Shown here in pieces: positions 57,913-64,000 of a stretch of 64,000 nucleotides of DNA (position 1 is its first letter; every line of letters starts with the position of its first letter). A program made the translations under genes and the position numbers. Source of the stretch: an uncultured Gammaproteobacteria bacterium. GTDB taxonomy: Bacteria > Patescibacteriota > Microgenomatia > Levybacterales > UBA12049. The notes beneath the pieces were generated by a model. It saw only the letters and a list, made by a program, of their open reading frames with translations. It was not told where the DNA came from and did not search any database. Where the stretch lies: contig CAZSWA010000004.1 of assembly GCA_964610465.1 (NCBI GenBank), positions 8,365 through 72,364 of the forward strand. Direction: 5' to 3'.

Positions 57913-59448
57913 TTAATGTTTAAACGCCCGAATTCCTGTGATAAGCATAGTAATCTGAGCATCATTACATGCAGTAATAGTTTCTTTATCGCGAATAGAA
58001 CCACCTGGTTGAATTATTGCTTTTATACCGGCTTTTATTAAAACATCCGGACCATCACGAAAAGGGAAAAAGCCATCAGTTGCAGCAACAGCTCCTTTAA
58101 GTGAACGGTTTGCTTTCCATACACACAACTCACAGCATCTTTTTCTATCTTGTTGCCCGACTCCTGATGAAATAAGTACTCCATCTTTTACTGCAACTAC
58201 ACAATTTGATTTACTTATCTGACAAATTTTCCAGGCAAATAATAAGTCATCCAATTGTTTTTTTGTGGGTTTTTTGTGAGTAACGCAAATAAGTTTCTTT
58301 GGATCTAATTGATAAGTATCTAAATCTTGTACGAGAAATCCTCCTCTAATTTTTTTTATCTCTTTATAATTTTTAGGAGCTGGTTTTGATAAATAGGGAT
58401 TTTCAAAAAGTTGGAGCTTTGGTTTTAATGAAAATACTGCAAGTGCTTTTTTAGTAAATGCAGGTGCTGCAATAATTTCAAAGAATTTTTTGTCTCTCAT
58501 CATTAATTCAGCTAATTCTTTCGTGACAGAACGATTAAAAAGAATTATTCCACCAAATGCAGCAAGAGAATCTCCTTCGTACCATGCTTTCTTAAATGCA
58601 TCATCTATAGTGTTACACAAAGCTGCTCCACATGGATTTGTATGTTTCAAAATAACACATGCTGGTTGCTTCTTTCCTATTAATGAAATAACCTGAAGAC
58701 CTCCATCTAAATCAAGATAGTTACAGTATGAAGTTTCTTTCCCTTGTAATTTGGTAAATTTTCCAAGTCCTAATGAATCATCTGAGTTTTCATCTTTAAA
58801 AAAGATTCCTTGCTGATGAGGATTTTCTCCATAACGTAATAGTGTTCCATTCTGAAGAGAAAAAAACAAATCATTTGTATTAGCTTCAATTTGAAAAAAA
58901 TTTGCTATCATTGCATCATAATTTGTTACATAGGAAAAGGCTTTTGCTGCAAGAAGTTTCCTGGTATCATTACTTGTCTGACCATTTGATGCTATCTCAT
59001 TTATTACAACTGCATAATCGTGAGGATTTACAATTACTGTTACACTTTCATAATTTTTGGCAGCTGCCCGCACCATTGTAGGACCACCTACATCAATCAT
59101 TTCAATCCCCGGATTTTCCCAAAAAGGATAAAAATTACATATCACATAATCGATAGAAGGTATGTTCAGTTTCTTAGCTTGCTTTCTGTGTGAGGTATCT
59201 TTTCTATCAAAAAGGATACCTGATGCTATCTGGAAACTAATTGTTTTCATTCTGCCGTTAAAACTTTCTGGAGAACGAGTAATAGTTTCTATAGGAGTAA
59301 ACTGTATATCGTTTTCTTTTAAATGTTTCGCAGTTCCACCTGTTGCAATAAGCGCTATATCTTTTTTTACTAACGATTTCGCCAAACTAATAATTCCGGT
59401 TTTATCATATACACTAAGTAATGCATAGCTTTGCTGTTTTTTATTCAT
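57913..59448 (-). CDS. purH: Bifunctional AICAR transformylase / IMP cyclohydrolase
   Basis: MGS-like N-terminus 'ALLSVYDKTGI', AICARFT domain, 511 aa. Confidence 0.9.
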   Translation of the reverse strand: MNKKQQSYALLSVYDKTGIISLAKSLVKKDIALIATGGTAKHLKENDIQFTPIETITRSPESFNGRMKTISFQIASGILFDRKDTSHRKQAKKLNIPSIDYVICNFYPFWENPGIEMIDVGGPTMVRAAAKNYESVTVIVNPHDYAVVINEIASNGQTSNDTRKLLAAKAFSYVTNYDAMIANFFQIEANTNDLFFSLQNGTLLRYGENPHQQGIFFKDENSDDSLGLGKFTKLQGKETSYCNYLDLDGGLQVISLIGKKQPACVILKHTNPCGAALCNTIDDAFKKAWYEGDSLAAFGGIILFNRSVTKELAELMMRDKKFFEIIAAPAFTKKALAVFSLKPKLQLFENPYLSKPAPKNYKEIKKIRGGFLVQDLDTYQLDPKKLICVTHKKPTKKQLDDLLFAWKICQISKSNCVVAVKDGVLISSGVGQQDRKRCCELCVWKANRSLKGAVAATDGFFPFRDGPDVLIKAGIKAIIQPGGSIRDKETITACNDAQITMLITGIRAFKH

Positions 59449-59449
59449 A

Positions 59450-60463
59450 TTAATCTAAAATGGATGAAAGTTTTTTCTTTTGTATTGCGTATTTTATTTC
59501 GCGGGCGATTCGTCTTCCTGTACTCATCGGTTCATCATAATAAAGATAAGAATAGGGAGAACCATTGGTAAATAAATTAGTTCCAGCAACAATTCTGCAG
59601 GAAATTTCCATTATAAAGAATTTTTGATCAGGAGTAATTATAGTCTCAAGACAAAAAGGACCAAAAAGTCCTTTTTTATCAATAATTTTTTGAGAAGTTT
59701 CTACTACTCTTAAACCCATATCATAGGCTTCCGCCAACATTGCTTCCCGTAGGGTAAGAGGACTGTTTCCAACAACAACATAGCTTGGTTCTATTGCTAA
59801 TCCTTTTTGTCCAAGAAGTGGGATTCTTCCAATTGAGTCTACATTTGTCTCGTACCGTCTATCTATACTCATAATTTCAAGTGTTTTTCTGATGGGAGAA
59901 TAAAAGTAGTGAATATATAAAGGGACTCCAATAATATATTGTTGAATAATATATTTCTTTGAATCAAATTTTTTTAATTTTCTTTCAATGTCTTTTCTAT
60001 CTCTTGCATAAAGATATCCCTTGCCTCCTGCAGCACCATATGACTTTATTATTATTGGATATGTTGTGACATCTTTTGCAGAAGAAAATTGAGGAGGGAC
60101 ATTAATATGTGCACGAGTAAGCCATTCTCTCTGCCTTTGTCTATCTTCTTCCCAATCAATAACATTCTTATTACCATAGTACATTGTTTTCATTTTTTTA
60201 TTTTTTTCGCTGCCTAAATATGCAACAAATGATCCATGCGGAATAATAATGACATTTTTAGCAATAAGTTTTTTTTCAATTGATGGGAATTCGGAAAAGG
60301 ATTGAATGACAATAAATTCATCAATAAAAGGAAATGTTTTATAAAATTTCAATTTATCCTGTGTGGTAATAAGAAGGGTAGTAAATTTTTCGTCTTTTGC
60401 ACCTTTCAAAATTTGCAGAGCGGAATGACTTCCTAATGTTGCAATAGTAAATCGTTTATTCAT
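59450..60463 (-). CDS. purP: Second PurP-like FAICAR synthetase paralog
   Basis: 'FTIATLGSHSALQILKGAKDEKF'. Confidence 0.65.
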   Translation of the reverse strand: MNKRFTIATLGSHSALQILKGAKDEKFTTLLITTQDKLKFYKTFPFIDEFIVIQSFSEFPSIEKKLIAKNVIIIPHGSFVAYLGSEKNKKMKTMYYGNKNVIDWEEDRQRQREWLTRAHINVPPQFSSAKDVTTYPIIIKSYGAAGGKGYLYARDRKDIERKLKKFDSKKYIIQQYIIGVPLYIHYFYSPIRKTLEIMSIDRRYETNVDSIGRIPLLGQKGLAIEPSYVVVGNSPLTLREAMLAEAYDMGLRVVETSQKIIDKKGLFGPFCLETIITPDQKFFIMEISCRIVAGTNLFTNGSPYSYLYYDEPMSTGRRIAREIKYAIQKKKLSSILD

Positions 60464-61281
60464 TATATAAAATAACGTACGGCATTTTTAAAGATTGCGA
60501 GACCCGGACCGTATTTTGGAAGTTTTTTCCCTTGACGAGAGTATAATTCTTTCAAATATGTCCAATGAGGTTGTTGAGTAAATAGTACGGCGCGTTCGGG
60601 ATGAGGCATAAGCCCAAGTATTCTTCCAGTGCTATCAGTTATCCCTGCAATATTATCTATTGTTCCTGTTGGATTTTGTTGATAATTAAAAAACTTACAG
60701 ATATCACCATTTGTATAACGAAGTGCAATTTGGTTTTTTTCTTTCATGAATGAAAATATTTCTTTTGTCGTAAATAATTTCCCTTCACCGTGGGCTATAG
60801 GAAGCAAAATTGTTTTTAAATTTGTAAACCAAGGACTCTTACTATTTTCTACTTCCAAATCAGTCCAACGGACAGTATAGCGCGCGGTATCGTTATGCAT
60901 AAGAGCTATTTGTCTTTTGCCATAGACATTATTAAGAGAAGGCAATAATCCTAAATTTGCAATTATTTGAAATCCGTTACAAATACCAAGTATAAGTCTA
61001 TCTTTTGTAATAAATTTTTCTATATCAGTCCACAAATGATTTCTTACTTTATTGGCAAAAGCATTTCCAGAGCCAGTATCATCACCATATGAAAATCCTC
61101 CCGGGAAAACTAGAATAGAATATTGTTGAAGACGAGTATGATTAGCTATTAAGTCATTTATATGTACTATGTCTACAGATGCATCTGCCATTTCAAAAGC
61201 AAATTTTGTTTCTTCTTCACAATTTAATCCGTAGCCTGAAAAAATGAGTACTTTTATTTTTTTCATATTAATATTCAGCAA
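60463..61281 (-). CDS. purQ: FGAM synthase glutaminase subunit
   Basis: 'ILGICNGFQ' Cys nucleophile, 'HPE' His-Glu. Confidence 0.8.
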   Translation of the reverse strand: MLNINMKKIKVLIFSGYGLNCEEETKFAFEMADASVDIVHINDLIANHTRLQQYSILVFPGGFSYGDDTGSGNAFANKVRNHLWTDIEKFITKDRLILGICNGFQIIANLGLLPSLNNVYGKRQIALMHNDTARYTVRWTDLEVENSKSPWFTNLKTILLPIAHGEGKLFTTKEIFSFMKEKNQIALRYTNGDICKFFNYQQNPTGTIDNIAGITDSTGRILGLMPHPERAVLFTQQPHWTYLKELYSRQGKKLPKYGPGLAIFKNAVRYFI

Positions 61282-64000
61282 ATGTTTCTTTATATAATGT
61301 AAGCAATCTGTTTATATCTGTTTTAATTAAGGAGTTTTTATTTTTATCAGTAATGGTAAATGACTCATTTCCAAGAACGATACCAACTTGCGCAAATGGA
61401 ATATTTTTCATCATTTTTTCAAACTCCTCTTTATTTTCAGGAGATACCGTAACAATCACTCTTCCTTGAGTTTCTGAAAAAAGTGCAATGTCTTCCCTTT
61501 TATATTTTCCCGGCAGATGAGTAAGGCTTATATGCATACCAAGCATTCCTCCCATCGCTGTTTTGGCAAGTGCCACAGCAAGTCCTCCTTTACCAATACT
61601 TTGCGCTGAAGCAATAAGATTTCTTCTTATCGCATGGGCTAATGCGTTATATAAAAGTTTGTTTTTGTTTGCATTAACATTTGGTATTTTATTTCCTATA
61701 TATACTTTGTGTTTTAGCTCACCTATATATCGATAATATTCAGATGCACCTAATTCTCCAAAAGTTTCACCCATTATATATACTATGTCTCCTGGGAATT
61801 TCGCATCAAGTGATACAGCTTTTGTAACATCATCAATTATTCCAATTGATGAAATAAGAAGAGTAGGTGGGATAGAAATTTTCAATGGTTTTCCATTCAT
61901 ATCAAATCCATTAAAATCGTTAAACATACTATCTTTCCCGGATATAAATGGAGTTCCATATGCAGTTGCGATAGCGTAACATGCTTGTACTGCTTTTTTA
62001 AGCTCACCCAATCTTTCTAGATTTTTTGAACTGCACCAACAGAAATTGTCTAGAATTGCAATAGTATTAGGGTTTGCACCTTGGGCAATACTATTTCGAA
62101 CTGCCGTATCTACGGCACATGCAGCCATTTGATATGTATCGATATCACTATATTCTGGATAAATTCCTTGAGAGAGTACAATACCCTTATTGGATGAAAG
62201 TATAGGACGAAAAGTGGTTGCTTCTCCATTTATTCTTCCTCTGCCTTGTAATGGTTTTATTACTGATGTTCCTTGTACTTCATAATCATATTGAGCCGAA
62301 ATAAATTCGTAGCTTGCAAGATTTAATCGTTTCATCATCCCATGAAGTACATCTGTATAATCTTTTAAAATAGAAATATGAGGTTCTTCATATTGTTTAT
62401 TTTTTGATGCAGTTTTTAAATGAATTTGAGGTAGCCCGTCATGCAGAAATTTTAAATCAATATCCATAATAACTTTTCCACAGTATGATACGATGCATTT
62501 CCCAGAGTCTGTAAATTCTCCAATTACCGTGGCTTCTATATCTCTTTTTTGCATAAGCTTTACAAATTCTTTCCATTTATCTTTTGGAACTGCAAGTGTC
62601 ATACGCTCTTGAGATTCTGATATCCAAATTTGCCATGGAGAAAGTCCTGCATATTTAAGAGGTACTTTATCAAGCATTACAAAACATCCGTTTGATTCTT
62701 TTGCCATTTCTGCAACAGAGCAAGATAGTCCGCCGGCTCCATTATCAGTAATACTGGTAAATAAATTCATATCTCTTGCTTCTTTAATTAGAGCATCACT
62801 CAATTTTTTTTGGGTAATTGGATCACCTATTTGTACTGCACTTATCGGACTTGAAGAATTCAGTGCTTCTGAAGAAAAAGTAGCACCATGTATCCCATCT
62901 AACCCGACTCGTCCACCAACCATTACAATATAATCTCCTGGCATTGCTTTTTTGATATAACTTTCTTTCTTGTGAATTTTTTTAGGAATAAGTCCCACCG
63001 TACCGACAAATACCAATGGTTTTCCCTTATACCTATCATTAAAACACACAAATCCCTGCGGTGTTGGGATACCTGAACAATTGCCACCAGAGTTTACTCC
63101 GGCAATCACTCCTTCCATTATGCGTTTTGGTGAAAGCATTTTTTGTGTTAAACTGCTATCTCGATAAATTGGTGTTGTATCCTGAGGGCTTGCAAAACAA
63201 AATCCATATGTATTGGCAACTGGTTTTGCTCCCAAACCAAATCCTATTGCATCTCTGTTTACTCCAACAATTCCTGTGATTGCTCCCCCAAATGGGTCAA
63301 GAGCTGATGGACTGTTGTGTGTTTCAACTTTGTAGGTAATAAGAAATTTTTCATCAAAAGAAATTGCTCCTGAATTGTCAGTAAATACTGAAACACAATT
63401 ATCTTTTTTTCCTTTTTTCTCTCTTATCTTGTCTGTTGCTTTCCTAATATATTTTGTGAACAAACCTTCCGCATTGCTATCAATTGGACTATTAAAAATA
63501 GTATGCTTGCAATGTTCAGACCACGTTTGAGCAAGAGCTTCAAGTTCTATATCTGTAGGATTGCGTCTAAGTTTTGTAAAATATTTCTGAATTGTTTTCA
63601 TTGAGATAAGTGAGAGAGCCAAAGGACCCCGTCTTGTTCCATCTTTATCTTGTATTCCGAGTTTTCCAATGTTGGTAAGTTCATCATCTGATACTTGTAA
63701 ATTAACGTCTATTACTTCTGGATTTTTTACAATACTAACTTTGGGAATTTTTATATCTAAATTATTTTTGTGAAACTCTTTATATCCTTTTATATATGCT
63801 CTTTGGATAAGCGGGTTATAAAGACTATCAGCAATTTGTTTTATTTCAGTTTTTGTGAGATTTCCTTTTATAAAAGTTATTTGTGATGTATAGACATTCT
63901 CATCGTTTATAAATTTCGTTTGCAATAAATCTTCTATTGTTTCTTTTACAGTAGTTGCGATATTGTCAGTAACGCCAGGAAGAAAACCAATTTCAATTGA
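61268..64000 (-). CDS. purL: FGAM synthase large subunit with N-terminal PurS-like extension (purS-purL fusion); 5' end beyond window
   Basis: AIRS/AIRS_C repeats; reading frame stays open upstream of the TTG at 63925 to the window end, encoding 'IEIGFLPGVTDNIATTVKETIEDL' PurS-like segment. Confidence 0.8.
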   Translation of the reverse strand, partial: SIEIGFLPGVTDNIATTVKETIEDLLQTKFINDENVYTSQITFIKGNLTKTEIKQIADSLYNPLIQRAYIKGYKEFHKNNLDIKIPKVSIVKNPEVIDVNLQVSDDELTNIGKLGIQDKDGTRRGPLALSLISMKTIQKYFTKLRRNPTDIELEALAQTWSEHCKHTIFNSPIDSNAEGLFTKYIRKATDKIREKKGKKDNCVSVFTDNSGAISFDEKFLITYKVETHNSPSALDPFGGAITGIVGVNRDAIGFGLGAKPVANTYGFCFASPQDTTPIYRDSSLTQKMLSPKRIMEGVIAGVNSGGNCSGIPTPQGFVCFNDRYKGKPLVFVGTVGLIPKKIHKKESYIKKAMPGDYIVMVGGRVGLDGIHGATFSSEALNSSSPISAVQIGDPITQKKLSDALIKEARDMNLFTSITDNGAGGLSCSVAEMAKESNGCFVMLDKVPLKYAGLSPWQIWISESQERMTLAVPKDKWKEFVKLMQKRDIEATVIGEFTDSGKCIVSYCGKVIMDIDLKFLHDGLPQIHLKTASKNKQYEEPHISILKDYTDVLHGMMKRLNLASYEFISAQYDYEVQGTSVIKPLQGRGRINGEATTFRPILSSNKGIVLSQGIYPEYSDIDTYQMAACAVDTAVRNSIAQGANPNTIAILDNFCWCSSKNLERLGELKKAVQACYAIATAYGTPFISGKDSMFNDFNGFDMNGKPLKISIPPTLLISSIGIIDDVTKAVSLDAKFPGDIVYIMGETFGELGASEYYRYIGELKHKVYIGNKIPNVNANKNKLLYNALAHAIRRNLIASAQSIGKGGLAVALAKTAMGGMLGMHISLTHLPGKYKREDIALFSETQGRVIVTVSPENKEEFEKMMKNIPFAQVGIVLGNESFTITDKNKNSLIKTDINRLLTLYKETFAEY

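Noticed and set aside
1-64000. Possible alternative genetic code (UGA=Gly, code 25) as seen in some candidate-phyla genomes
   Set aside because: Several well-conserved genes end cleanly at TGA (dsbB 33726-33728 overlapping the dsbA ATG; purD-like 48473-48475 abutting the next gene), and all products have normal lengths with standard stops.
1-64000. CRISPR arrays, tRNA or rRNA genes
   Set aside because: No regularly spaced identical 25-40 bp repeats and no tRNA T-arm / anticodon-arm signatures (GGTTCGAATCC-like) were seen on either strand.

Overview
This 64 kb window reads as low-GC (~33%) bacterial DNA with a Gram-positive-like, possibly CPR-like envelope, and most genes sit on the minus strand. 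No tRNA, rRNA or CRISPR array was found, and the standard genetic code applies. The main content, in order:

- **Surface-protein and glycan locus (0.4-22.2 kb).** Two sortases sit next to LANTG/LPATG-anchored, Asn/Thr/Ser-rich repeat proteins. Beside them is a cell-surface glycan assembly cluster: a secreted glycoside hydrolase, two GT-C (PMT/ArnT-like) membrane glycosyltransferases, GT2 enzymes including a GT2-GT2 fusion, two CE4 deacetylases, and a 1608-aa fusion of GT2 + processive GT2 + flippase + GT4.
- **Fic gene (15.0-16.1 kb).** A Fic toxin-like gene is preceded by a 12-bp-period TTGTAA tandem array.
- **Housekeeping block (25-37 kb).** A recently duplicated GT2 pair, a serB-serA fusion with serC, a DsbB/DsbA pair, nth and typA.
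- **Foreign GC-rich island (37.7-43.8 kb, ~55% GC, ~6.1 kb).** It is flanked by a 12-13 bp direct repeat and carries decayed conjugative-element and toxin-antitoxin cargo: a T4CP fragment, a Phd/YefM-like antitoxin, a PIN gene, Xre-like + RES, and a second RES fragment. It also has consensus promoters driving leaderless genes.
- **Purine block (47-64 kb).** An MFS transporter, a PAP2 phosphatase, a small KGG stress protein, and a purine-biosynthesis operon: purD-like, purM, purC, purEK, purB, two archaeal-type purP copies flanking purH, purQ, and a purS-purL fusion running off the window end.

All functional calls are motif and architecture inferences from the translated ORFs. No database search was possible.
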